DNA of 64,000 nt, taken from assembly GCA_964016885.1 (NCBI GenBank), contig OZ024740.1, positions 4,402,001 to 4,466,000 on the forward strand, in the 5' to 3' direction. Origin of the DNA: Eledone cirrhosa (taxonomy: Eukaryota). Each line of letters starts with the position of its first letter. The stretch's first letter is position 1. This document shows, piece by piece, positions 1 through 12,663 of this stretch. The notes under the pieces were generated by a model. That model saw only the letters and a list, made by a program, of their open reading frames with translations, was not told the origin of the DNA and did no database searches. A program made the position numbers and the translations under genes.

Positions 1-3000
1 ATATTTCACATCTTGTCTAGGTTTATTACCAGTTAGGGTGTGACCTACATTTCACATCTGGTCTTGATTAATTACCAGTTATGGGCGTGACCTATATATC
101 ACATCTGGTCTACGTTTATTACCAGTTAGATGGGGCCTACATTTCACATCTGGTCTAGGTTTATTACCAGTTAGGGGGATCTACATTTCACATCTGGTCT
201 AGGTTTATTAACAGTTAGGGGGGGACCTACATTTAACATCTGGACTAGGTTTATTACCAGTTTGGGAATGACCTACATTTCACATCTGGTCTAGGTTTAT
301 TAAGAGTCAGGGGAAACTACATTTCACTTCTGGTCTAGGTTTATTACCAGTTTGAGGGGGCGGGACCAACATTTCACATCTGGTCTAAGTTTATTACCAG
401 TCTGGGGGGACCTACATTTCAAATTTGGTCTAGGTTTTTTACCAGTTTGGAGGGGGACCTATATTTCACATCTGGTCTAGGTTTATTACCAGTTAGAATG
501 GTGACGTACATTTCACATCTGGTCTAGGTTTTTTACAAGTTTGGAGGGGGGACCTATATTTCGCATCTGGTCTACGTTTATTACCTACTTGGGGAGGACC
601 TACATTTCACATCTGGTCTAGGTTTAGTACCAGTTTGGGGGAGACCTACATTTCAAATTTATTCTAGGTTTATTACCAGTTTGAGGGGAGGACCTACATT
701 TCACATCTTGTCTACGTTTATTCCCAGTTTGTGGGGGGGGGGGCTAAATTTCACATCTGGTCTGGGTTTATTACCAGTTTCGAGGGGCCCTACATTTCAC
801 ATATGGTCTAGGTTTATTACCAGTTAGTGAGGTGGACCTACATTTCATATCTGGTCTAGGTTTATTACCAGTTTAGGGGTGACCTATATGTCACATCTTG
901 TCTAGGTTTATTACCAGTTAGGGTGTGACCTACATTTCACATCTGGTCTTGGTTTATTACCAGTTATGGGGGTGACCTATATTTCACATCTGGTCTAGGT
1001 TTATTACCAGTTAGAAGAGGACCTACATTTCACATCTGGCCTAGGTTTATTACCAGTTTGGGAGGGATCTACATTTCACATCAGGTCTAAATTTATTCCA
1101 GTTTGGTTGGGACTTATATTTCACATCTGGTCTAGGTTTATTACCAGTTAGGGGGCACCTACATTTCACATCTGGTCTAGGTTTATTACAAGTTTCACAT
1201 TTGCTCTAGGTTTATTACCAGTTAGTGGGGACCGACATTTCACATCTGGTCTAGGTTTTTTACAAGTTTGGAGGGGGACCTATATTTCACATCTGGTCTA
1301 GGTTTATTACCAGTTAGAGGGGTGACGTACATTTCACATCTGGTCTAGGTTCTTTACAAGTTTGGAGGGGGGACCTATATTTCGCATCTGGTCTAGGTTT
1401 ATTGCCAGTTAGGGGGTGACATACATTTCACATCTGGTCTAGGATTATTACCCGTTTGGGGGGGGACATACATTTCACATCTGGTCTAGGTTTATTACCA
1501 ACTTGGGGAGGACCTACATTTCACATCTGGTCTAGGTTTAGTACCAGTTTGGGGGAGACCTACATTTCAAATTTATTCTAGGTTTATTACCAGTTAGGGG
1601 AGGACCTACATTTCACATCTTGTCTACGTTTATTACCAGTTTGGAGCGGACCTACATTTCACATCTTGTCTAAATTTATTACCAGTTTGGTGCGCACCTA
1701 CATTTCACATCTGGTCTAGGTTTAATACTGGTTAGGGGGGACCTACATGTTATATCTGGTCCAGGTTTATTACCAGTTTGGGGAGGACCTACATTTCACA
1801 TCTGGTCTAGGTTTATTAGCAGTTTGGGAAGGACCTACATTTCACATCTGGTCTAAATTTATTACCAGTTTGAGAAGGACCTACATTTCACATCTGGTCT
1901 AGGTTTATTACCAGTTTGACAAGGACCTACATTTCACATCTGGTCTAGGTTTATTACCAATTTGGGGAGGACCTATATTTCACATCTGGTCTAGGTTTAT
2001 TACCAGTTAGGGGGAGCTACATTTCACGTCTCGTCTATGTTTATTACTAGTTTGGGGAGGACCTCCATTTCACATCTGGCCTGGGTTTATTAGCAGTTTG
2101 GGAAGGACTTACATTTCACATCTGGTCTATATTTATTCCAGTTTGGTTGGGACATACATTTCACATCTGGTCTAGGTTTATTACCAGTTTGGGGGGGACC
2201 TACATTTCACATCTGGTTTAGGTTTATTACCAGTTTTGGGGGGGGACCTACATTTCAATTCAGGTCTTGGCTTATTAACAGTTTAGAGGGGCCCTACATT
2301 TCACATCAGGTCTAGGTTTATTACCAGTTAGGGGTTGATCTACATTTCAGATCTGGTCTATGTTTATTACCAGTTTGGGGAGGACCTACATTTCACATCG
2401 GGTCTAGGTTTATTACCAGTTAGTTAGTGGTGGGGACCTACATTTCATATCTGGTCTACGTTTATTATCAGTTGGGGGGACCTACATTTTACATCTGGTC
2501 TAGGTTTATTACCAGTTAGGGGGTGACATACATTTCACATCTGGTCTAGGATTAATACCCGTTTAGGGGGGACATACATTTCATATCTGGTCTAGGTTTA
2601 TTACCAGTTTGGTGGGGACCTACATTTCATATCTGGTCTAGGTTTATTACCAGTTTGAGGGGGACCTACATTTCACATCTGGTCTAGGTTTATCAGCAGT
2701 TAGGTGGTGACCTACATTTCACATCTGTTCTAGGATTATTACCCGTTTGGTGGGGACCTACATTTCATATCTGGTCTAGGTTTATTACCAGTTTGAGGGG
2801 GACCTACATTTCACATCTGGTCTAAGTTTATTACCATTTAGGTAGGCTACATTTCTCGTCTCGTCTACGTTTATTACCAGGTTGGGGAGGCCCTACATTT
2901 CACATCGTGCCTAGGTTTATTCCCAGTTTGTGGGGGGGGGGCTACATTTCACATCTGGTCTGGGTTTATTACCAGTTTCGAGGGGCCCTACATTTCACAT

Positions 3001-4928
3001 ATGGTCTAGGTTTATTACCAGTTAGTGAGGTGGACCTACATTTCATATCTGGTCTAGGTTTATTACCAGTTTAGGGGTGACCTATATGTCACATCTTGTC
3101 TAGGTTTATTACCAGTTAGGGTGTGACCTACATTTCACATCTGGTCTTGGTTTATTACCAGTTAGGGGGTGACCTATATTTCACATCTGGTCCAGGTTTA
3201 TTACCAGTTAGATGGGGACCTACATTTCACATCTGGTCTAGGTTTATTAGCAGTTAGGGGGATCTACATTTCACATCTGGTCTAGGTTTATTAACAGTTA
3301 GGGGGGAACCTACATTTAACATCTGGACTAGGTTTATTACCAGTTTGGGAAGGACCTACATTTCACATCTGGTCTAGGTTTATTAAGAGTTAGGGGGAAC
3401 TACATTTCACTTCTGGTCTAGGTTTATTACCAGTTTGAGGGGGCGGGACCAACATTTCACATCTGGTCTATATTTATTACCAGTCTGGGGGGACCTACAT
3501 TTCAAATTTGGTCTAGGTTTATTACAAGTTAGGGGAGGACCTACATTTCACATTTGGCCTAGGTTTATTACCAGTTTGGGAGGGATCTACATTTCACATC
3601 TGGTCTAAATTTATTCCAGTTTGGTGGGGACTTACATTTCACATCTGGTCTAGGTTTATTACCAGTTAGTGGGGACCTACATTTCACATCTGGTCTAGGT
3701 TTTTTACAAGTTTGGAGGGGGACCTATATTTCACATCTGGTCTAGGTTTATTACCAGTTAGAAGGGTGACGTACATTTCACATCTGGTCTAGGTTTATTA
3801 CCAGTTTGGGGAGGACCTACATTACACATCTGGTCTAGGTTTATTACCAGTTAGGGGGGGACCTACATTTTATATTTGGTCTAGGTTTATTACCAGTTTG
3901 GTGGGGACCTACATTTCACATCTGGTCTAGGGTTATTACCAGTTTGGGGGGGGCCTACATTTCACATCTGGTCTAGGTTTATTACCAGTTTGGTAAGGAC
4001 CTACATTTCACATCTGGTCTAGGTTTATTACCAGTTTGGGGAGGACCTACATTTCACATCTGGTCTAGGTTTATTACCAGTTTGGGAGGGACCCACATTT
4101 CATATCTGTTCTAGGTTTATTACCAGTTTGGGGTGACCTACATTTCACATCTGATTTAGGTTTATTACCAGTTTGCGGAGGACCTTCATTTCACTTCTGG
4201 TCTCGGTTTATTACCAGTTTAGGGGTGGGCCTATATTTCACATATGGTCTAGGTTTATTACCAATTTGGGGAGGACCTACGTTTCACATCTGGTCTAGAT
4301 TTATTACCAGTTTGGGAAGGACCTACATTTCACATCTGGTCTAGGTTTATTACCAGTGTGGTGGGGGACCTACATTTCACATCTGGTCTAGTTTTATTAC
4401 CGGTTTGGAGGGACCTACATTTTACATCTCGTCTAGGTTTATAACCGGTTTGGAGGGACCTACATTTCAGATCTGGTCTAGGTTTATTACCAGTTTGGGG
4501 GGGGACCTACATTACACTTCTGGTCTCGGTTTATTACCAGTTTAGAGGGGCCCTACATTTCACATATGGTCTAGGTTTATTACCAGTTAGGGGGGCCCAA
4601 CATTTCACATTTGGTCTAGGTTTGTGACTCGTTTGGGGGGGGGGGGGTACCTACATTTCAAATTTGGTCTAGGTTTATTACCAGTTTGGGGAGGACCTAC
4701 ATTTCATATCTGGTCTAGGTTTACTACCAGTTTGAGGAGGACCTACATCTCACATCTGGTCTAGGTTTATTACCAGTTTGGGGGGCTGGACCTACATTTC
4801 ACATCTGGTCTAGGTTTATTACTAGTTAGGGGGGGGGGGGCCTAAATTTCACATTTGGTCTAGGTTTATTACTAGTTAGGGGGGGACCTACATTTCACAT
4901 TTGGTCTAGGTTTATTACCAGTTTGGGG
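1..4928. repeat. Tandem satellite, ~46 bp unit (GGACCTACATTTCACATCTGGTCTAGGTTTATTACCAGTTTGGGGA), ~105 copies, runs off the window start
   Basis: Unit read directly; period 46 between 1831 and 1877; length variation is mostly in the G-run. Confidence 0.97.
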
Positions 4929-4931
4929 AAT

Positions 4932-5141
4932 AATAATGATTTCTACTATAGGCACAATAGGGGAAGGGGAATGTTGATTAAATCAACCCCAGTGCATGAT
5001 TGGTGCTTTATTTAATCAACTCCGTAAGGATAAAAGGTAAATGTAACGTCGGTGATATTTGAACTTAGATGGTAAAGGGGCGTAACTCTATGCTGCAAAG
5101 TATGTTGTCCGATATTTTACCAATACTGCCAATCCACCACC
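4932..5141 (-). mobile_element. tRNA-derived SINE (family 1), degenerate
   Basis: Reverse-complement similarity to the copy at 16710-16900 and same-strand similarity to 44580-44790 (GGCACAA..ATTAAATCAACCCCAG..GGATAAAAGG..TTTGAACT). Confidence 0.7.
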
Positions 5142-5263
5142 AATAATAATAATAATGAAAATTATTGTGTACAGTGTTCAGGTGCACTACAACTTATCAA
5201 AGGTGCATGTATAGTACATAGAATAATGTACAAATGTCAGGAAGGTAAACAGTGTATGAGTCA
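5142..5263 (-). mobile_element. 3' end fragment of the CR1-like LINE with (AAT)n tail
   Basis: Reverse complement of the 3' UTR and tail at ~34095-34215 (TTGTAGTGCA.CTGA.CACT.TACACAATAATTTCATTATT). Confidence 0.8.
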
Positions 5264-5289
5264 TTATATACACACAGATACATGTCTGA

Positions 5290-5525
5290 TGTATCGTGTC
5301 CTTGAGCAAGACACTTTATTTTAAGTTGCCCCACTTCACTCAGCTGTTGAAATGACTTGCAATTTCACTGATGCCAAACTGTATCTACCATTGCCATTCC
5401 CTTGGACAACATCAGTGACGTGGAGAGGGGAGACTGGTATGTATGGGCAACTACTGGTCTTCCACAAACAACCTTGCCACTCGGACTTGTGCCTTGAAGA
5501 GGAACTCTCTAGGTGCAAATCCTGT
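5290..5525 (+). mobile_element. SINE family 2 body (GTGTCCTTGAGCAAGACACTTTA..CACTCAGCTG core)
   Basis: Core shared with 42310-42560 (+) and 53535-53685 (-); resembles CORE/V-type SINE central domains (inference). Confidence 0.6.
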
Positions 5526-5571
5526 GGTTATTTGAAGCTGAAGCATATAGACAATATGCCCCCAGCCCCTC

Positions 5572-5852
5572 CCACTGTAAAGTGGTCGTGGAGGTGCCAC
5601 GGCAAAAAAGCACCCAGCACTCACTGTAAATGAGGTTGGTGTTAGGAAGGGCATCCAGCTGTAGAAATTAAGCCAGAATCAGTTCCCGTATGAGCAAGAC
5701 AAAGTCAGCTGACTGGATACTGCCCACAACAGGACATCCCGTCTAACGCATGCTAGCATGGAAGAACGGACGTAAAACGGTGATGATGATGTTGAGATCA
5801 TAATATCATCATCATCATTTTACGTCCGCTTTTCCCTGCTTGCAAGGGTGAG

Positions 5853-5853
<1 letters not shown>
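5572..5853. mobile_element. Two RTE-type 3' tails tail-to-tail: + copy 5572-5790 ending (GAT)n, - copy 5805-5853 with (CAT)n
   Basis: GGTTGGTGTTAGGAAGGGCATCCAGCTGTAGAAA..GCATGGAAGAACGGACGTAAAACG(GAT)n matches the RTE 3' ends at ~15195-15370 and ~50040-50100. Confidence 0.7.
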
Positions 5854-5921
<68 letters not shown>

Positions 5922-6056
5922 AAGGTTTTATTTAAAATTGTTGGGTTACAACAAGTAAATATTTTATAACTGATATAAAGCACTCGACAAGTTTTTGGAG
6001 TATATATACGATATTAAACAAATGGAAACTATATTTATAAAACCATATTTATTTCA

Positions 6057-6111
6057 TTATACATATTTCAGGGATACCATATTAAAAATATGGCATGCCT
6101 TCGTCAGATAA
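6057..6111 (-). ncRNA. Hammerhead-like motif (degenerate) in the PLE A pseudo-LTR
   Basis: CTGACGA - long stem II - GAAA; stem III / cleavage-site register is imperfect. Confidence 0.5.
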
Positions 6112-7194
6112 AATACAATATATAAGCAGTTTTATAAATAATTTTGACGTACCATATTATAAGCGACCATTACATTAGGACGCTGTCTGGGTAGTGATTT
6201 GTTTATACTTATTTAGTTATAGTGTTAAGCACAGTTAGAAAAAAGACGGCGAGAAAGAAGAAATGGAGGTAAAGAAAAAACAGAGAAATAGAGGGGAGAG
6301 AAAGAAAGGAGGAGGTGGAAAGGAACAAGGAAGAAATAAGAGAGGCAAACGAAAGCAACAGATAAATAATAATAATTCACCATACATATAGAAAAACTCA
6401 AGAGAGAGGGAGTACTATATATAGAGAGAAGGATAATAATTATTTAGCTATAGTGTTAAGCAGTTAGAAAAAGACGGAGAGAAAGAAAAAACTGGAGATA
6501 AAGAAAAAGAAAAAACGGAGGGAGAGAGGGGGAAGGAAAGGAAGAGAGAGAGAAAATATAAATATATAGGAGGAAGTGAAAGAGAAACAAGAGAGAAATA
6601 GGAGAGGCAAACGAAAGCGATAGATACATAATAATTCATCATACAGAAAGACAAACCCAAGAGAGAGGAGAAAGTGCTATAAAGAGAGAGAAGGATATAG
6701 TTACATCTTTACGTCATGTCATATCAATTTGAATTATCAATTCATATGAAATGGATAATAAGAATGCAAATATCGATATTGATGAATGAGACATAGATAT
6801 ATAATATGAGAAAATAACATTGTTCAATAATGACCATATGTTTAGTTTCAAACTCTGAGGTCAATATACCAAAATCTGAGATAAAACCTTCAAAAAATTA
6901 CCCTATTTATAAAAATACGGAAATATATATGTATATATATATACACGTATATGTACTTTCTGAAAAAAGAAAAAATAGAAAATTATGTCTAACTCTAGTC
7001 AATAATATAGACATACACATGACTTTACCTAATCAACCTTATAATTTCTTGTGTCATACAAAAAATTTCTTGTGTTATAAAAACTTCACTGTACATATAC
7101 ATAAATATACGATTAATATTCATGTTCTCACATATATGATTACCGTTTATGTATTTAATGTTATGCATATCTGTAACATATACAAAACCATACC

Positions 7195-7228
<34 letters not shown>

Positions 7229-7783
7229 AAATCTGCGTGAGTTTACCAGCATCTTTATGCACATATACAGACACATGAACACATAAAATAAACTCTGTAA
7301 ACCTTCTATATGCATGTTAATACACATATGGCCTTTGTATAGAGATAATCAAATATCAATATATCAGCACAGAAACATCAAAACATTAAAATACTTTTAA
7401 CACATTATAGAGTATCTCAGGCCAAAATCAATATGCTTCATATATTTACTACAGAAATGTACCCTTCCCATATTTCAAAACAATATATTGCAAAGTTAGT
7501 TATAAGCTATCAGAGTCAAATAATAAATAAAAACCAAAAATTATTTAACAAAAATTATTTAAAAGATTTAGAAGACCCAGTGATTCTACGGATGCCCTTA
7601 TATTTAGTATAGAAATTTATCTTGCGTAAAATTTATTTAATACATTGGGAGCATATACACTTTAGAGTAGTTTATTACATCTTTGTTTATATTTAGGAAG
7701 AAGGTTTAAAAAGAAAAAGGTGAAGGAATCAAATGATTTATCGTCAGGTTTCATATATTAACTAAATTTCTTAATTAATTATA

Positions 7784-8396
7784 CTACATTTTAAATTTAT
7801 ATTTATATTTAAACGTTGAGTTCAATCTATGTCTGCAGCAACTGAATAAATTGCTCCTTAAATTAAAGGAATTTTTGGACTTTAATATAAAGAATACCTC
7901 CTCCACACAGAGATCACATGTCTCTGATGAGGAATTAAAGGGAATTCCCTTTGAGACAATATTCCAAAACATCGAATACTCAACATTATCTCGTTTAAGT
8001 TGCCAGAGTAGGCTTGATAGCGAAGTTGAGGATTTTTTGCTTGGATCTGTGAAAGAATTCTTATGATTATTGAAGCGAAGTTTAAATTCTGTCGAGGTTG
8101 AACCAACATAGTTGAAAGAATTTAAGTTAGTTTTAACATTACAATTGTATACTACATTTTTAACTAAGCAATTGTTATTTAACGGACAGTTAGATTTATT
8201 TCTACAGTTACAGTTATTTAATTGAATATTGTTTGGGTTATTATTGGTATTTTGGTTAGGTTTTAAATTCCTATTATTAATTCTGTTAATATTTTGTGCT
8301 AAATTTTTGGTGGGCGAGTAAGTTAATTTTATAGCATGTCTATTAAAAATTGAGTGATATTTATGTGTTCTAGGGAAGCGTTTGTCAAGAGCATTA
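7784..8396 (-). pseudogene. C-terminal part of a Penelope-like ORF: linker plus GIY-YIG endonuclease (frameshift near 8340)
   Basis: Manual translation: LDKRFPRTHKYHSIFNK..IKLTYS..CNCRNKSNCPLNNNCLVKNVVYNC..YVGST..FKLRFNNHKNSF..STSLSSLLWQLK..CDLCVEE..CCRHR; colinear with the element B C-terminus. Confidence 0.85.
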
Positions 8397-8652
8397 ATTT
8401 ATCTGTTGCTTTCGTTTGCCTCTCTTATTTCTTCCTTGTTCCTTTTCACCTCCTCCTTTCTTTCGCTCCCCTCTATTTCTCTGTTTTTTCTTTACCTCCG
8501 TTTCTTCTTTCTCTCCGTCTTTTTTCTAACTGTGCTTAACACTATAACTAAATAAGTATAAACAAATCACTACCCAGACAGCGTCCTAATTTAATGGTCG
8601 CTTATAATATGGTACGTCAAAATTATTTATAAAACTGCTTATATATTGTATT

Positions 8653-8707
8653 TTATCTGACGAAGGCATGCCATATTAAAAATATGGTATCCCTGAAATA
8701 TGTATAA
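8653..8707 (+). ncRNA. Hammerhead-like motif (degenerate), inverted copy
   Basis: TTAT CTGACGA AGG.ATGCCATAT..ATATGGTAT.CCT GAAA TATGT ATAA. Confidence 0.5.
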
Positions 8708-8777
8708 TGAAATAAATATTGGTTTTATAAATATAGTTTCCATTTGTTTAATATCGTATATATATATATATATATAT

Positions 8778-8972
8778 AACGAAGAAAATGTGGTAAGGAA
8801 CCAGGTGGACCATAACGCACCAAAGTACTCAATACTTGAGGTAGTAGAGTGGGTAATAGGAACCAGTAAGACCCCGACAGCTGAGCTCAAGCCGTTTCGA
8901 CGGCTAATTCTGGACAGAATTAGCCGTCGAAACGGCTTGAGCTTGAGCTCAGCTGTCGGGGTCTTACTGGTT

Positions 8973-8976
<4 letters not shown>
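8778..8976. repeat. (TA)n-flanked short element ending in a ~120 bp palindrome; same family as 46154-46273
   Basis: Shared GTGGTAAGGAACCAG.TGGACCATAACGCACCA..GTACTCAATACTT..GGTAGTAGAGTGGGTAATAG; palindrome 8856-8976 centred near 8913. Confidence 0.85.
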
Positions 8977-9032
<56 letters not shown>

Positions 9033-9070
9033 GAGATTACATGAATCAAAGTTCTGTTTAAATCATTTAT

Positions 9071-9119
9071 TTGCTTACAATTGTTTCTTCCAAACCGAGG
9101 TTTGGAGTCTTCGGATCAA
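9071..9119 (-). ncRNA. Hammerhead copy in the inverted pLTR
   Basis: Reverse complement of 14164-14212. Confidence 0.6.
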
Positions 9120-9929
9120 TTATTCAGTGATTTTTAACATACTTGACCTCCTTTTCAGCACAAGAGACATATAGAAACATATGTATATTTTGACCCACAG
9201 TGGGTTGACATCCATTATAATAATATGGCATGGTAATTTAAATACAAAGATTACAGTCATATTAAAGGACAAAGTTAAAGTTAAAATTAAAATTAAAATT
9301 AAAATAAAACATTGGCAGTTTACTCAGATAAAGCAAGAGGAAAGTTTGGAGTAGCCAGTGTATGCAACAGTCACACGTGTCCTATTTATACAAGATTATA
9401 GTGCGGCAGATTGTTACATGTAAAACAAGCAGTCAAAGCAGGCAATCAAGAGCATCATGGGGGCTGTACTAGTAAAGCATTATTCACACACACCTGTACG
9501 ATATAGAAGCCCGTGTGTAGAGAAACACCAAAAATATCAAAAATATTACAAATGAGAAGTAAAACAGCACCACTGTCCTCGTACACACCACCACTCTCAC
9601 AATCCAGGAAACGCAATTTATAGACTACATGTCCATCACACAATCCACGATGATTCAACATTGGGTGCCTGGTGAACCATGCTAGAACATCACAGCTTGT
9701 CGTTCTTTAGTTCGATTCTATAGAGCAGGTTGTTTTTGTTGTGAGAGTTGACATCGTATTATATTCCGGAAGTGTGTGTGTGATTAAGGGGAGTTAATGC
9801 GTAATGGGGGGTAACTAGCTGATTTCTATAGCTAAATTTATTATCCCACTGTGGATCAATATATACATATGTTTCTATATGTCTCTTGTGCTGAAAAGGA
9901 GGTCAAGTATGTTAAAAATCACTGAATAA

Positions 9930-9978
9930 TTGCTCCGAAGACTCCAAACCTCGGTTTGGAAGAAACAATTGTAAGCAA
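9930..9978 (+). ncRNA. Minimal type-I hammerhead ribozyme (CCGAAGA variant) in the 5' pLTR of element B
   Basis: Stem I TTGCT/AGCAA, core CCGAAGA, stem II TCCAAACC/GGTTTGGA, GAAA, palindromic ACAATTGT, GUA site at 9971-9973. Confidence 0.7.
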
Positions 9979-10227
9979 ATAAATGATTTAAACAGAACTT
10001 TGATTCATGTAATCTCTATATAACTGCTCTGTAAAACAACTGATGTTGTTATATTGAGCTATTTATCTTACTGGTAATAAGATAGTAATAAATTACTGTC
10101 TTTTACTATTTAGGGTATAAAATATATATAACTATAAAAGGTTTTAGTATATACATAACCATAAATAGTATCCTTAATACTATTAACTGCTCCATACTGT
10201 TGAGCTGACATACAATAAATTACCAGT

Positions 10228-12663
10228 ATGCTGATCAAAGACCAACTCCCTATGTCAACCAAGAACATACCAATACCATCCAAAAATACATATGAAAAAT
10301 TATTGATCGACAGTGTAAATTCCTTTATCAATAGAGTGAGATGGAGGACATTCCATTATGATAAAAACAAATCTAACAAGGTTAATAATACTAACAAATT
10401 TGACTCCTTCGGCTTTAAAACCTTTAGAAGCCCGCCTCATAACACACTACTAAACTCCTTTGAAAATGACCTAATAAAACTAGTTAAGAATATTAAATAC
10501 AAAAAGCACCGTAATAAAAACAACACCTTCTTAAACAAACTTAGCACCTCTATTAATGATTTCAAAACTAGTAATAAAATTATTGTACATGCGGACAAAA
10601 CTAATAACATATACAGCCTAGATTATAATACTTATAGAAAGTTTATATATAATGAACTACATAAAAGCTACAAGGAAACCACTATGAAAAACTTAGAAGA
10701 TATTAACATGGAAGGCTATAATATAGTGTCCAAACTAGGACTCCAGAAACATACACAACCATATACCCCAAACCTCCCTAGATTCTCTCTGAAGGACCAT
10801 AAGGAGGACTTCATTAGCAACCCCTCGATTAGACTTATCTGCCCTTCCAAGTCTGACATTGGCATTATCAGTAAGAAATTTTTAGATAAAATCATCCCAC
10901 AGATTAAACACAAGATTTACCTTAAACAATGGGGAAATACAGGTGAAGTGATTGAATGGTTCAAAGATATCAAGGATAACAAGGATAAAAAATTTATTCA
11001 ATTTGATATCAATTTATACTACACCTCTATTTCCCCTATCCTATTAAATAAGGCACTTATCATGGCCATGGACAATAGTGACCTGACTAGACCCCAGATT
11101 GATGTCATACTTGCGGCCCGTAAAACAGTAATCACCTTTGAAGACCAATTATGGACCCGCAAAACAACTTCGACATAACCATGGGATCTAGTGACTCGGC
11201 GCAGGTCACTGATTTAGTCGGCCTATATTTACTTAACAAAATCCATAAGGACCTTCCATACCTCAACGGTGGTTTGTACCGCGATGATGCACTTCTACTT
11301 ATAGATTATAAAAAATTCAATATAGAAAGAACTAGAAAACTATTGCACAAGACATTCAAAAACTATAACCTTAGTATTACCATGGACAAAAACACTAAAA
11401 ACGTTAACTTCCTGGACGCCACCCTCTACCTAGACTCAAAGATATATGCACCTTTCCACAAACCTAATGAAAAACTCATTTACGTAGATACCAAGTCTAA
11501 CCACCCTAGATATATATTAAACTCTATCTCTAAGAGAGTATCTAATAGAATCTCTAATCTATCCTATGACGTAAACATATTTAGCAAAAACTCGCAATAT
11601 TATAATCAGGCATTAGCTAGATCAGGCCATAATATAGAGATCGAGTTCCTACCTACAAAAACACATAGCTACAACATTATTTCGCACAACATGTCCATGA
11701 GGAAATTTAGTAATAGGAATAGCAACCACACACACACTAATACGGAGGATACCAACAAAAGTAACCCACACCACAGAAATTACCATAGTACCATAAAAAG
11801 AAACAACTCACCAGACATAAAAAACAAAAATAGAAGAAGAAATAATACATTTTTCAACCCTTCTTTCAATCTAAACGTCTCTACCAACCTACCTAGAGCT
11901 TTCTTCTCACTACTAGATAAAAACTTCCCATCCGGCCACAAGTACCATAGTCTTTTAAACAAAAACACTATTAAAATCTCCTACTCTACTACGCCTAACA
12001 TAGCATACCACATAGCTAGTAGCAATAAAAGAAAAATTAATTCTTACTTCCAGCAAACTAAATCACAACAGACGATAAACCTTCAAAATAACATTATAGC
12101 AACTAACCCTAATATCAATAGAAATAATAGTAATAGCACTAGTGTAAACAATAACGCTGGGAACGTCAACCCACATAACCATAACCCTATAGCTACCATC
12201 CAGACTTCTACACAACATAATAACCGGCAGACTAACACCCATAATTGTAACTGTAGATCAAATAGAACCTGCCCTTTAGATAAAAAATGCTTAACCAAGG
12301 ATATCATATACTCATGCACAGTCACAACTAGCAACTCTTCTGAAACCTATATAGGCTCTACTTCAAAACCAGATACAATTCGCACCTCCACTCTTTCAAA
12401 AAAACAGTCTAGCCAACTCCACTTCACTATCTAGCTACATACACTATCTAAAAACTAAAAATAAACCATATACACTTAAATGGGAAGTGATAGGTAACGC
12501 GACATCGTACAAACCACCTAATAAATTTTGTAACCTCTGTCTACTAGAGACCCATACTATCATCTTCTCAAACCATAACCTCCTTAATAAAAAATCAGAA
12601 GTGTTCGCGTCTTGCCAACACCGCTTCCGACACTCCTTTCAAAACTTTAAACCCAATATATAA
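10228..12663 (+). pseudogene. Penelope-like RT + GIY-YIG endonuclease ORF, broken by frameshifts at ~11160, ~12362 and ~12400
   Basis: KNIPIPS..RVRWR..ADKT..KDHK..IRLI..FDINLYYTSI..FDITMGS..GLYRDDALL..FLDATL..CNCR..CPL..CL..IIYSC..YIGST..FKTRYNSH..CNLCLLE..CQHR; stop at 12661-12663 by manual frame joining. Confidence 0.92.

Larger units (their letters stand above)
6001..8765 (-). mobile_element. Penelope-like element A, 5'-truncated, with inverted pseudo-LTR (6001-6367 inverted at 8397-8762)
   Basis: ~365 bp near-identical inverted repeats enclose a GIY-YIG coding remnant; flanked by (TA)n; hammerhead-like motif in the repeat. Confidence 0.85.

Noticed and set aside
11151-11178. Programmed frameshift between the two Penelope ORFs
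   Set aside because: PLEs have a single ORF, further frameshifts occur downstream, and no slippery heptamer is evident; decay or sequence error is more likely.
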